From Paraphysomonas bandaiensis (lineage: Eukaryota > Protista > Chrysophyceae): a stretch of 64,000 bases of DNA. The DNA lies in contig CBFFRP010000219.1 in NCBI GenBank assembly GCA_965644295.1, forward strand, positions 1 through 64,000. The letters are read 5' to 3'. Positions 11,001 through 23,404 of this stretch are shown in pieces. Each line of letters opens with the position of its first letter. Positions within the stretch are counted from its first letter, which is position 1. Made by a program: the position numbers and the translations under genes. The notes below the pieces were generated by a model. That model was not told the DNA's origin and ran no database searches. It saw nothing but the letters and a program-made list of their open reading frames with translations.

Positions 11001-12218
11001 CATATCATTCCTTACTGCAGTACTGAAGTCGTCCCGTGAGTCAATATGCTCCACCATGACTCGTACAGCCTTTTCGTGGTCATTGGCACTCATAATTCCG
11101 AGTGCATTCTTCATGACTGCCGCATAGGAGCCGACATCAGCATCAACCAGGTCCCTCTCAGATACCCGTACATCAGACATATCATTATCCTTAAAACCCG
11201 ATTCTGCAGGTCTTGCTTTGTCACAGCCATTTGCACTACTCAATCCTTGTGTATTACTTATCGCTTTTCCAGAAGATTCCACGGGTTCCATAGGAGGAAT
11301 TTCTTGCACTCTGTCACACTTGTAATAACTCTGAACAGACCTCTCATCCATGAGTAGTAGCAATCGTTCCACTACCTGCACATTGCCGGAAACAGCGGCC
11401 CAATCCAGAGCCATTTTATTATAGTTGTTTTTTTTCGTTACATTGATGCCTTTAATGCGGAGCAAAAACAATGCAATCTCTGCATGTCCTTTGGTGCTAC
11501 CACCACAGGCAAACATAAGCGGAGTGTTTTTGTTTCTGTCGACTTCAACTTTATTTATAGCCTCGACGTCGATGTGTGGCTCTTCCCCGAATAGCTTTCT
11601 TACAATCAGTATTGCTATTTCGTACTTTCCGAATTCACAGGCTATTATCAAAGGACATTTAGCATATTTATTCGTCTTTAGCAATTCTTCACTCTCCGTA
11701 TCCATATCAATAATCCACTTCACGATGTCCACTCTGTCTGCCTCAATAGCCAGCATAAGGGCGGTCTGACCATATATGTTACGTGCTTCAAATTTGACTT
11801 TCGACGCGTCGTACAGTATTTTCGCCACTTCAAGATTCCCTTGTTCAGCTGCTATCAACAATGCGTTATTCTTAATATCGTTTTCGGCATCGACATCGGC
11901 ACCGATACTGATAAGTAAACAAACTAACTCTATGTGTCCTTCTATTACAGCAACCATCAGCGCAGTGGAATTGTTCCACCACATTGCTTTGTCGATATTG
12001 TCATCGAGGCTCTCGTAATAAACATCCCTGTCTATGAGCTTGATATCTCTAGAAAGCACCTTGAGTCGCTCCTTGTCTCCCTTAGATATATTAATGGAGT
12101 TTTTCGAGTATATCCTGGCACGGGATGTGCTCTTGTGGGCTGTGAAGGGACATACCTGCCCACGTAATCGGTCAATAAAACCAGGTGGTGGTTCTTCTTT
12201 AGTCATATCTTGTTCCAT
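8003..12218 (-). CDS. Ankyrin-repeat TRP-family cation channel with C-terminal C2-like domain
   Basis: N-terminal ankyrin repeats (TALMVAVIEGH, NALLIAAEQGN, TALMLAIEAD, TPLMFAC), six hydrophobic segments, S6 VVLLNLVIARMS, a TRP box EEWQFTRA and IPPPFNLLP. A C2-like region follows (FTARIVRLSG...TVSILDRD). Two short GT-AG introns (about 8542-8593 and 8162-8214) join the 8174..8578 ORF and a last exon ending TAA at 8003. Confidence 0.85.
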
Positions 12219-13196
12219 ATGTGATAAAGAGGATCCTCTACATCTTTATTAGGCAGTACACGATAACATTAACATTTATTTACATCTATCTGCTATCGGC
12301 CACTAGAGAGTCTAGCTATCACGACACTTCTCGACATCTTTATGCTATGCTCTCTGTACTGTGATGTACCCCTGTACTCGTATACTGCTGGACTGTATAT
12401 GAAACGACCGATGCAACCAAGATACGGCTACACAAACACACTGCCTGTACAGCTGTGTGGATCTCCGTATGTTGAAATACATGAACAGCGGAGTACAGAC
12501 TACAAGCACCTCACCAAATGGACACAAACAGTACACACAGAGCACTATGCATACCAGCACTCACCACACACAAGAATTGTACATATAGACGACATTTATT
12601 TCGTCATATGACAGAGAAGTGCTCTTTTTAAGAAACTATTTCGCATATTAGTGATAAAGGCATGAGGACCTACTGGAGAATTATACAGCGCGTAAGATAT
12701 ATTATGATGTCGTATGTTAGGAAATGCATTCTTTGATGTGAGATGGATTGCCAAGCATCGTGCAACTACTTACACGTGATATACAACTAATGAACTGTAC
12801 AGCTTGTTCAGTGATCCAGTGAATACGAGAATGCAATGTATACGTGGTTTTAAAGCATCACTTATTAAAGCGATATGTTTGGAAATATTTTTATTTCAAT
12901 CACTTATTCTGGTTCCAATATCTCTCTTGTCTTTATGAACTGGTATAAACCACAAGAATTAATTATTACTCCCTCAATACATTTAACTATAGCTACAGGT
13001 GTTTCTTATGTTCACCATTATGTAAATGGAAATACTTCTGATTGTCTATCCCAACCACAATGGTTGCCAAAATAACAATACAAAGCAACCTTCTTAAAGA
13101 GTTGAACTTATAGGAATATTTAAAAAAAATAGAATTCATTCACAATATCTAATATTGAATATCATTAAGGCATTCTATTGAATGAATATCGTTCTA

Positions 13197-14264
13197 CTAT
13201 AGTCTAGACGCAACTAAGAAAAACCTCTTGAACGGAAATAGAACTGTTCTGGTACATGAAGTGCTTCCTTCCGCTTCTGAGTGTGATGTTGAAATTGGCG
13301 GATACGCCTCATGCAGTAGTTGATTGTACATATCCAAGAATTCGGTCACACACTCCTGCCCTCCAGCAGATGCTGAGAGGGCTGCCAATATAGGCTGCAA
13401 GCCTGTAGCAGAAGTAAATTCCAACACTGGATGCTTACTTCTGTTAGAGTACTCTAACTCATGAACGTACTCAGTGCTCCACATCTCTATCGATCCGCAC
13501 AAAGGCTGGAGGAGTGAGTGGTAATAGTCAAATCCGTGTTCTACTCGTGGAATACGCACGTCTACGAGTAGTTTGGAAAATCCGCACTTCTCAGCAGCTT
13601 CCACCATGAGAGTGTGGGAAGGCTGCACGCGAGTGTCGGGCATCTGCACTGCTAACAGCCCACCATCAGGTCGCACAGCATTGGTCAATGCATCTCGAAG
13701 AATACGCTGGTCCGCTATCCAGTGAAAAGCAGAATTGCTGTACACGACGTCGTATGGCCCTACAATGCTGCTGTATAAGTGGAAAATAATTCCATAATTA
13801 GACTCACCTACTGGATTTCGACAAACATTCTCAATGTCACCGTCGACATATGTCACGCGCTCTTTATATTCCGGAAGGACTGAAGCTTTCGCTTTCTCCA
13901 ACATCGAAGCACTGGAATCAACACCATCTACTCGTGCAAAAGGAAAAGTCTACTTCCATGTCACAACAGGAGCATCATCATAGATGCCGCACCTTACAGA
14001 TATACGGTGTAATATTTCCAGGTCTGATACAAAGATTTTAACGAAAGGACGAAATACAAAATTAGTTGCTACCCGCATCCAATATCAAACACCCTTGACA
14101 CATGCTCTGGTGTTCGTACAGAAGCAGCTGTATGTGAGAGCAGGTCAATGGCTGGGCGTAACCTGTGACATGCAAAACATATCCGGTGAGAGAGCTCTCC
14201 ATGATCTAAACCTCTATCACCTCGGCTGGGCGTGACGTAGGTAGAGACCAGGGTTCCAACTCAT
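13197..14264 (-). CDS. tam: Trans-aconitate 2-methyltransferase (bacterial Tam type), intron-containing
   Basis: Spliced reading gives MSWNPGLYLRHAQPR-LRPAIDLL...VFDIGCG-PGNIT...VDGVDSSASMLEKA...YSNSAFHW...LAVQMPD...PSHTLM...LFPFKRFFLVA. This matches the E. coli Tam pattern (WNPSLY, RPAVELL, DLGCGPGN, LAVQMPD). Confidence 0.85.
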
Positions 14265-14707
14265 AAGAACTTTTTATATCCAAAGCAGGTCGAGGTAAAA
14301 TAGTGGTGTACTCAAGTACTCTGTTCTGGGTGATAGGAACATTAGCACTCAAGGCTCCTACAAGTACACGGCTGTTCAACAGGATTGGAAATCATATACA
14401 GTCATATACAACGCAGTGTACATGGATTATGGTGTGGTGTGTGTCTACTAAAAATCTCTAAAAATCTCTAAGAGTGGGGAGAATTGAATATAAAAAAATG
14501 GCAATTTTCGAATAATGTTTTGTATAAATAGCCAGTTATACTGTGACTATGACGAAAACTCCTTCACTACTTAAATTTTAAACAGAGCTGAGTCATTGTG
14601 TATAATTGAAAGAAGTCGTATAGGATTTCATATTCGTGTGAGGCTACACACTTAATGTATATTCCCTTGTGGAACGCATAGAATAAAGAACAGAGTGTCG
14701 GATAGCA

Positions 14708-17448
14708 ATGCAGTGTCCAGCTTGTTCAGGAAGAGATATTGAGTTCGTAGAGAGCTCAGGTCATGCGGTGTGTGTACAGTGCGGAACTGTGCTTGAAGAA
14801 AACTCTATTGTGTCCTCCGTAGAGTTTCAGGAATGCGGGGATCGTAGCCACGTTATCGGTCAGTTTGTATCTGCCACAAGCAGCAAGGTTTGATTATTCA
14901 TTCTCTGATACTCATATAAGTCCGATATCCACATGTAGTCATACGGACCTTCTCGAGGTCACAGCCGGTATGGATTTTCACGCGAGAGTCGGGATGCGAC
15001 TTTGTCCAATGCCAAGCGTGTTGTTGCGCAGGTGGCATCGGCCATGCGCTTGCCACCGTATTTTACCGACCGCGCGCACAGACTCTACTCCCTTGCCCTA
15101 CAGCGAAGTTTCGTGTATGGTCGGCGTCAAATGCATATAGTGGCTACAGTCCTGTACACCATATGTAGACAGGAAAAAAGTCCTCACCTTTTGATCGACT
15201 TCTCGGACGTGCTACAAGTTAACGTATACACCCTCGGCAAATGTTTTCTGGAGCTAACAAGGCTATTGTCACTCACAATGCCCGTCGTGGATCCCAGTCT
15301 CTATATACATAGGTACCGTTTGTAACGACTATGTACCTTTGGGTTGTGTGATGATTTACTCATGCTCAATAGGTTTGCTACTCGACTGGAGCTAGGAGAT
15401 AAAATAGGAGCTGTGTCCACCACAGCCTTGAGGATTGTAACCCGTATGAAAAAGGATTGGATACACACTGGACGACGCCCTGACGGTGTATGCGCCGCTG
15501 CCATGCTTGTTGCCTGCAGGTTCTTATGTTTAGTTTGACTTAGCATTGTTTACAAACACCCTTATATCGTATCACATCAGATCTTACGGGTGTCAAAAGT
15601 CAATAATGGAGATGGCCCAAATATTTCGTATTACAACCGTTACTCTTAAGAAGAGGTTGAATGAGTTCAAGTGAGTGCCCATCTAAGCACATAAGTGGTA
15701 TAATATGTTAATTTGTTATGAAAGATCAACGCCGTCTGCGCAACTTTCGGTGCAGCAGTTTCATAACCATGATATGCGAATGGAATTGGATCCTCCTGTG
15801 TTTCTGAGACAGATGCAGGTAGTCAAATATGTGTTGGCTCACACATAAGTCAGTTAAATGTGTATGCGTATTATATTCGTATGCGTCATCCCATTACTTC
15901 TGGGTATTGTAATTTGCGTGTGTGTAGAACAATGCTCTTGAGTCCGGGAAGTATGTTGCATACAGCGCGACATCTGATGATCAAGAGGCTGGAAGTGTCA
16001 GTAGTGACGTGAACCCCAGCAATGTGATGATAGACGACCGAGGGGAGAGAGTTCAGCGTGTGGATGTGGATGGAGTTGAGGTGTTTGTGCCACTTCCTCG
16101 GGGAGATAAGGACAAGGAAGCGAATGATAGGTGATATATTGAACATACCAGAGTCTCAGATATAACTCCTCTTTACCCAGACCAGTTACGGCGAAGCGTA
16201 TGGAGAAAATCAGAAAGCGCCGAGAATTGTACGGTCACATTTACTCTCAAATAGGTTTGTGGAGACTATTGATCCTCAATACATGTGTGTTTCTTATCGT
16301 GGCACGTATCGTTATGATGCACAGGAGAAGCTGTGGACTCACAGGTAGACGCTGCGGGCCCATCTGATGAGATATCTGCGGCTCAGTCTCGAGCCGATGC
16401 CTTGTTTGAAGAGGCGGAAACGGTGTGTAGTTGCCAATTTGGGTGTCTGCTATGTTGATGGGCGTTACATAGGTCGGAAGTGCCCGTGGGCCTATAGGCG
16501 GCTGGGGGTCGAAAAAGCAACGAGCAGGGAGGAGAGAAAATATGGTCATCAGTGCAGAACTTTCTGTGGCACCTACCCATCAGGAGTCAGAAGACCCGAA
16601 CTCGTCCGCAACTGTCACTGTAAGTGTCTCTGACCCCAGCGAGCAGAGAGAGGGCGATACTAGTGTGGACGATATATCTGACTCGGAAATCGATGCCTTT
16701 ATACTCAGCGCAGATGAGCAACACAAAAAGTAAGCATATCAAACTTTTCAACTTTGCGCCATTGTTATTCTATCTTCTGTCACCCGCGATTATAATCTGA
16801 CCGTCATGTCAGATCTGTAATATGGGAGCGTATGTATCGGCCGTTCCTGGATGAGCGAAATCGTAAGCGGGAGGCCAAAGAAGGTGGTGGACGGGGAGAT
16901 GTCTATAAAGGGCAAGGTGGTAGAGGTAGGAAGAGAGATCGTATGGGAGGAGCGGCTGGCAACACTCTCCTCCAGGACATGAAGCGGTCCTCGAAGAATA
17001 TAAATTACGCCGCTCTTGAGGTACGTTGTGATTTCGCTTTGGTTGGCTTTGGAAGTGTAGGTGATATGTGTTTGAATAATAGGGTGTGCTTTCTGGAGAC
17101 GGGGGATTTGTTATTCCAGATCTTCCGAAAACAGATATCCTGGCCAGCACCGACTCCAGCTCCAGTATGAGTCAGCAAGCCGGGAAAAGGAAGATTACTA
17201 TCGGAGCGAGTATCAGTCAACCTGTTCCACCTGCTCCCGCCCCTGCACCTTCGCCCATGGATGCACAGAAGATAACTGAGAACGCTTCTGCACCGAATGC
17301 GTCTGCCGATGGAGGAGACGAAAATATGGGGGATCTGGTAGAAGAATTGTTAGATGAGGCTGGCGAAGAAGAGGATGACGACGACATGCTTGTATATGAG
17401 GATCACGGGGCAGTAGATGATTATGAGGACGAGGATGAGTACTACTAG
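14708..17448 (+). CDS. BRF1: RNA polymerase III transcription factor IIIB subunit BRF1 (multi-exon)
   Basis: Zn ribbon CPAC...CVQCGTVLEENSIVS. Cyclin-fold segments CRQEKSPHLLIDFSD, VDPSLYIHRF and RMKKDWIHTGRRP, then DPP. The C-terminal BRF1 box has DDISDSEIDAFILS and SKNINY. Confidence 0.95.
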
Positions 17449-17468
17449 CCGGTAGCTTTTGTCATTTA

Positions 17469-17742
17469 TATGTTTTGACCTTTACAATAATTGTTGAATT
17501 TCAGATAAATAAAATATTTTAAGTATTACTGAGACGAAGCAGTATATCATATTTAGTACATCCTATGCATGAGTTCAGATTAGAACTTTAGTTCTGGAGA
17601 TCGTGTATGTTTTGACCTTTACAATAATTGTTGAATTTCAGATAAATAAAATATTTTAAGTATTACTGAGACGAAGCAGTATATCATATTTAGTACATCC
17701 TATGCATGAGTTCAGATTAGAACTTTAGTTCTGGAGATCGTG
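17469..17742. repeat. Perfect 137-bp tandem duplication just downstream of the BRF1 stop
   Basis: tatgttttgacctttacaataattg...gttctggagatcgtg occurs at 17469 and again at 17606. Confidence 0.9.
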
Positions 17743-18223
17743 TATATTTTCCCCTCTTACATATTCATGAAATTTCAATAGCTAAAAGAAAATCTCAATT
17801 ATTCAGCTTCTACTCTCTGCAGTCATCACATACAAATAATTCTTTGAATGACAATATGATTTGTTTTAGAACACTGCTATACCATTAGCTTCCTCACTAA
17901 AAGTATATGCAATGTTTAAAGCAAGGTACTTCCCCGGCGATAACCCTAAATTCCACTTATTAATAAGTAGCTATTGAACTCTATCCTCAGGTTTAGAGTA
18001 GAATAGCTATGTATGATGTGATGAGCTTGTTCACAAATATTTAACAGTTAGGCCAAAGGCCGAAGTACAAGAACAAATTTTAAATTATCGTTAAAAGCTA
18101 AACCTAGCAAACAGCCATGCATAACAGTTCGTGATCAACAATGTAATACTAAAAATTCTGTGGTCTATTTGTGAAAAAAAAGTCATCAGGCAACAAGAAA
18201 ACACTCATCTATCATTTAATTTA

Positions 18224-18878
18224 GGGATATATTATTCAACCTAGTCAATTTGGTGGACTTTCCTAGTCACTCCAAAATTGGTGTAATAACCTAGTCAAAG
18301 CAATAAATGACTCAACCTAGCCAATTATAGTATTAAACCTAGTCATGAATTGTACTCGGATATAGCTACGAATTACAGAAACATGAGGTCATAGAAGGTG
18401 AATTAAAATCAATACAACATAGATCAGGCGAACACAAAGCTAAAGAGCAGTAATATAGTAAGATATAATAGCATGGGCAGGACTCCATCGCTCTCTCCAA
18501 TGCTCAAGTAGGCTTTTGTACACCATTCTTTCTCAACACAATCTCCATAGATGTCCTTCAGTCGCCTTCAGAAACATTGATGAAACCTTGTACTCTGGGG
18601 GGGTCTATCTACACCGGACTTGGTCTTCAGAAACAGCCCAATTTGCATTCGACTGTGAAGACGAAGTGTGAGGCATATAGAATTTAATTTATGGCTATAG
18701 TATGCTCCTCTGTTTGACTAGGTGAATACTCAATTCCACCTAGTCAACCTAGTCATTATAAAGTTAAAAGTCTAATTATTTAATGACTAGGTTTTTCAAC
18801 CTTTTGACTAGGTTATTACACCAATTTTGGTGTGACTAGGAAATTCCCCCAAATTGACTAGGTCGAAAAATAGATCCC
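18224..18878. mobile_element. Non-autonomous DNA transposon (MULE-like) with ~80-bp TIRs and iterated CCTAGTCA motifs
   Basis: The left end gggatat...cctagtcaatttgg...cctagtcactccaaaattggtgtaataacctagtcaaa is inverted at the right end (tttgactaggttattacaccaattttggtgtgactagg...atccc). TATCATTTA occurs on both sides (18210-18218, then an extra attta; 18879-18887). Confidence 0.8.
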
Positions 18879-19813
18879 TATCATTTATCATCAGATGCTG
18901 ATGTCACTGGGTGAAGAACAGTAGACGATCAAGACATGAAAAGGTACGAAGTAAAGTCATTTGTCCACGAACACGACTAAGTTTCATACAACGAGTAAGT
19001 CTCCTCCTTCACACCCAAATCTATATTAGAAATGTTCTCCTCTCGCTATTGAGTACAGTAAGATAAACGAGAGCATCGCCTTGGGGCCAGAGGCATATAT
19101 ACGTGTGAATGAAAGTATAAACCAAACACTTGAATAACGTCAATATGGAGATGATCGAATGATTCAAACCCCTGAATCCAGTATATGACAGGTACTATAC
19201 TTTGTTCCAGTCAATTATACCTCTTGCCTACTTACCCACACTACTATCTCTCGGTACAACATGAGCCTAGCGTTCACTCAGCTCAACGAGAGAGCACACG
19301 CAGCAGCAGTATAACTATACACATATAGCCTTCACACAACCAATACCCGTCATATACTATCCCTCAGCGGTCCAACATAATGAACATATGCACGGTATCT
19401 AGATATCATCATCAGATACAGCGGCAAGTACTGCAGTACAGATTTATGTACTTCTACGTATGTACTTATGTACGTAAGTGGGTGGTAGGTCGGTACTAAT
19501 TCCGTATGTCGTTGTTGCCAAAAAAAACAGTTGTGGTGAACAGATTTGAATAGCACAGAAGACAGAAGAAGGTCTACATACTCCTGTGCGCTGTACTCCT
19601 GTATATGCGTGTGCTGTGTACACAGCAGTATACACTCCCCTGCTGTACATGTTCGTCTGGAAGTCCATTCAGTGCATTAATTGTTTGCATAATAACTGCG
19701 GCTATTGTGGGGTCTAGAGGCTATATAGTGCAGACATCATAGTGAAGGGTCGCACAAATTGCCGTCACGTTATTGTGCTGCATTTCATTGCATTTGCAGT
19801 GGTTGAAGCTGAT

Positions 19814-20491
19814 ATGAATGCTGTTACTCAAATAGATGAAATATCTATCGGTACCTCTAAAAGCAGCGGCAATAAGCATCATGCTATACGCCCTTGCAGC
19901 ACCGATGATAGCCTAAGCACTCTAAGCGAAGATGCTGCTGCTACTGTTAGTGATAGCTCATGGGGATGGTACCACACCGACTCATCGGAATGTGGAGAGC
20001 ATCACAGGAAAGTGTGGGAAGGCATCACAACCCCACCCATTCCAATCGAAAATTTGCAAGTCACTCCATTATATACACTAAACCTTCCACGTGCATCCCA
20101 AGCGTTGAAAGTATTTTCTCACGGTTCGACATTAACCTGCTGTATCCAGGGAGTTCGAATCTGTCAAGTGGTTTCGACTGGTGAAATAAGGGGAGAATAT
20201 CAATTATCCCTGAATTTTGGATCGCGCAAGTATTATGCATGGAAATCTTTTAGTGATTTTAAGTCTCTTGTTTCTATCGTTCGGCAGCTGCATGTGTCAA
20301 CGTCACATGTATTCACTTCAACTTTGCACGAATGGAACTCTCTTTTGGCGTCAAAGGATTGGTTCAGAAATGTTAACATAAAGTACTTAGTGAAACAAAG
20401 TGTATACATCAGTAGATTGGTTGAGGCTTTGCTGCGAGAAAGTCCAACCCCAGGAATTCTATTAGATTTCGCTCAGAAAGGAGGGAAATAG
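19814..20491 (+). CDS. Hypothetical protein with PX-like domain
   Basis: Single-exon ORF. GEYQLSLNFGSRKYYAWKSFSDFKSL...LVEALL...ILLDF resembles the PX strand/helix layout, but the canonical RRY motif is not kept. Confidence 0.55.
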   Translation: MNAVTQIDEISIGTSKSSGNKHHAIRPCSTDDSLSTLSEDAAATVSDSSWGWYHTDSSECGEHHRKVWEGITTPPIPIENLQVTPLYTLNLPRASQALKVFSHGSTLTCCIQGVRICQVVSTGEIRGEYQLSLNFGSRKYYAWKSFSDFKSLVSIVRQLHVSTSHVFTSTLHEWNSLLASKDWFRNVNIKYLVKQSVYISRLVEALLRESPTPGILLDFAQKGGK

Positions 20492-21337
20492 AGACGAAGC
20501 GTGTGGCTTTATTTTTGTGCATATCCGAAACTTCACCTGTATTAAGCATTTTTGCTCTACCCTTATTTCTAGGCGCATCATGATTAAAAAGTCGTGTAAA
20601 TGCCAATTTCACAACCTCACTGTATTTAATAAATGTATTCTTCAGCACTTGAAAACTCTAGTATTGTGGCAACGTAGAAATGCGTGTTTGGGTTGATATT
20701 GCCCACAAGTATCTGAAACTAACATTACTAGGATGGTTTAAAATAGTATCTAGCTCACACGATACTCACTTAATTAATATTGTGATTATCATTTCTCTTC
20801 ATTTATTTTCTTTCACCATTTTGAAGTTCTCTCAACTCTTGAACAATCTTACACAGTCAATATATTCCAGCTTGTCTAACCTAGCTTCAATAAACTCATA
20901 TTTTAATACTGTCATATCTATGTTTATTATTCGAAAACTTTATAATACAGCATTTGATTGTTACAAATAAGCAAAACTCAACATCAAAGTAGCAATTGAC
21001 TCCGGTTTCCTTTCGTTATTGTGTGAATATTCACAGCAAAGAAGCGTAATATAATTCGTGTTCTATGTACTAAGGCACTCATACAACAAACAATGAAATT
21101 TAATGTACCAGTTAATGAACAAAATATGACATCTAGAAACTTAGAATAATCCACTTTTTACTTCAGAAACCCTTCGCAGAGTACAAATCACCCTTCCATC
21201 AAGTTTGCTGTCACTTCCTCCATAACAGTAGTTCTTATGATTTATGTAAAGAGAGTATTGAATTAATCAAAATATAAGAAATATCCCTTACGATTGTGTA
21301 GTCATGTCTGGAATGAAAACCATGGAGGTGGATTGGT

Positions 21338-21818
21338 AGTAGTGAATGTCTGATTATTAAAAATAGGCGCTTAAGAGTCATAATTAATTTAGTAGTGCAA
21401 TTTATCTAACTAGTGCTCAACTCTAATATCCTACTATTTAACGTTACGAAAGCTGCTTGTGCGTCCCCACAAGCACCAAGGTGCAACCATTTTTGTTCCA
21501 TCACTCAAAGCAAACGCAGTGAGCAAGCAGAATGTTGATATACCTGACATCTGCTAACTTCAGGGTTCTTGTGTCCTTAAAGTGAACAGCCCGCTGGATG
21601 CTGGGCTTCAGCAGGCATCCCAATACCCCGGATGCCTTTGTTGAGGTGGGTCCGTTCCTGGATGCCTGTTTATTCGTCAAGGCTCAAAGACGTCTACACA
21701 AATGACACTTGGTAGTGTCCCTTGTACCACACAAGCATATGGCTATGAGTGGGAAGAAAGTTGTCTGCTGTCTATATATAATAAGCGGCTCACGTTAGTT
21801 TCCCAAAGAAATCTCTCC
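21338..21818 (+). repeat. Dispersed ~500-bp element, copy 1 (truncated; left arm of inverted pair)
   Basis: Near-identical reverse complement of 22409-22826, and homologous to the copies at 36.2, 44.8 and 55.0 kb. Confidence 0.9.
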
Positions 21819-22347
21819 ATTACTCGCCAGCACTTTGTTGTGGGTGGATCGGTAACTCTCTTATAGAACATAATCTATATGATTGTCGGATTTATAGTTA
21901 CTTTATTGGCGAAATTCAGTTACACGTCATACACAGTAGTACAACAAGTTAATCTCGATGATGCAGCATTTTGGGAGTTTAAGACTTTTTCTGTTGTTAG
22001 GTATTATTATTGGAATTTTATTAGGGTTAGGGATAAACAGAATGTTATGATTTCATAAAATGATATCACAATTGGACCCAAAAGGTTGATATTACTGTTA
22101 AATAATCAGTGCTGTGTGATACTACATAGGTCTATTTAGGTTTTTCCTCATATTTTCCGCCGGACTACGACAGTTAAAAGTAATAGTCACTGCACTAGAT
22201 GTATATATAGTATTACAATAGGTGAAAATATATGTATATATATATTATCAACAAAGCGGAGAAATAGGTGAACAATACATTTGTCAGGCGCTATTAGACT
22301 GCGATACTTCCCACTAATATATTACTGTTAACAATAAGGCAACGGAA

Positions 22348-22875
22348 TGAAATTCCCTCCGCAAAGTCCGACTCGCACATTCTCGCGGTGTTTTAGAGGA
22401 TAAGTACCGGAGAGATTTCTTTGGGAAACTAACGTGAGCCGCTTATTATATATAGACAGCAGATAACTTTCTTCCCACACATAGCCATATGCTTGTGTGG
22501 TACAAGGGACACTACTAAGTGTCATTTGTGTAGACGTCTTTGAGCCTTGACGAATAAACAGGCATCCAGGAACGGACCCACCTCAACAAAGGCATCCGGG
22601 GTATTGGGATGCCTGCTGAAGCCCAGCATCCAGCGGGCTGTTCACTTTAAGGACACAAGAATCCTGAAGTTAGCAGATGTCAGGTATATCACATTCTGCT
22701 TGCTTACTGCGTTTGCTTTGAGTGATGGAACAAAAATGGTTGCACCTTGGTGTTTGTGGGGACGCACAAGCAGCTTTCGTAACGTTAAATAGTAGGATAT
22801 CAGCGCTAAGCACTAGTTAGTCAAATTAGTTCTGACACTTAAACGCCTATTGCAAATAACGGGACATTCACTACT
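22348..22875 (-). repeat. Dispersed ~500-bp element, copy 2 (full length; right arm of inverted pair)
   Basis: Runs from tgaaattccctccgcaaagtccgactcg to gacattcactact on the + strand. Both termini are shared with the 55-kb copy. Confidence 0.9.
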
Positions 22876-23404
22876 GACGGAATTAAATGAAGAGCATGTG
22901 AGCGTGAAAAGAAAGAAAGTTAAACGTATTGCACAATACACTTTAATATTAAAGTTAATATATAACCAATTTTAGCTTAGAGATAACACACTAACATAAG
23001 AACTTTGACTCTCTTTACTGTCCGCTTTTTCAAGTAGTACATTATAGCCTGCTCATATCGTAGAATGCTACAATATATACCAATATATGATTTGGCTGCC
23101 AATGCTTTACTTTTGTAGCAATTAAAATTGTTTACTAGAAGGCTAAACTAGGAACAATTATTTGATATATAACTGTGGACACCATTTGAAGTTACCAAGC
23201 ACTAATTCTCAGAGCACCGTAAGAAAAATTATAAGTGCGAGTAAAACATGGTGAAACAAGTGGATACTATTCCCAAACTCATTTTAGTACTTAAATATCA
23301 ACAATACAATTCAACAGCAAATGCTGCATGAAAATAATATAATGCTACCTATATTGAACTACGTAAATAAATCAAATGTAATACAAGAAATGACGCTATT
23401 AATG

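Noticed and set aside
22021-22032. TTAGGGTTAGGG as an interstitial telomere
   Set aside because: Only two units, which is compatible with chance. Mentioned only as context for the inverted pair.
22328-22792. Short ORFs inside the dispersed element (also 44723-44932 and 36236-36424) with similar peptides
   Set aside because: The similarity reflects DNA homology. Indels and stops differ among copies and no protein family is recognisable.
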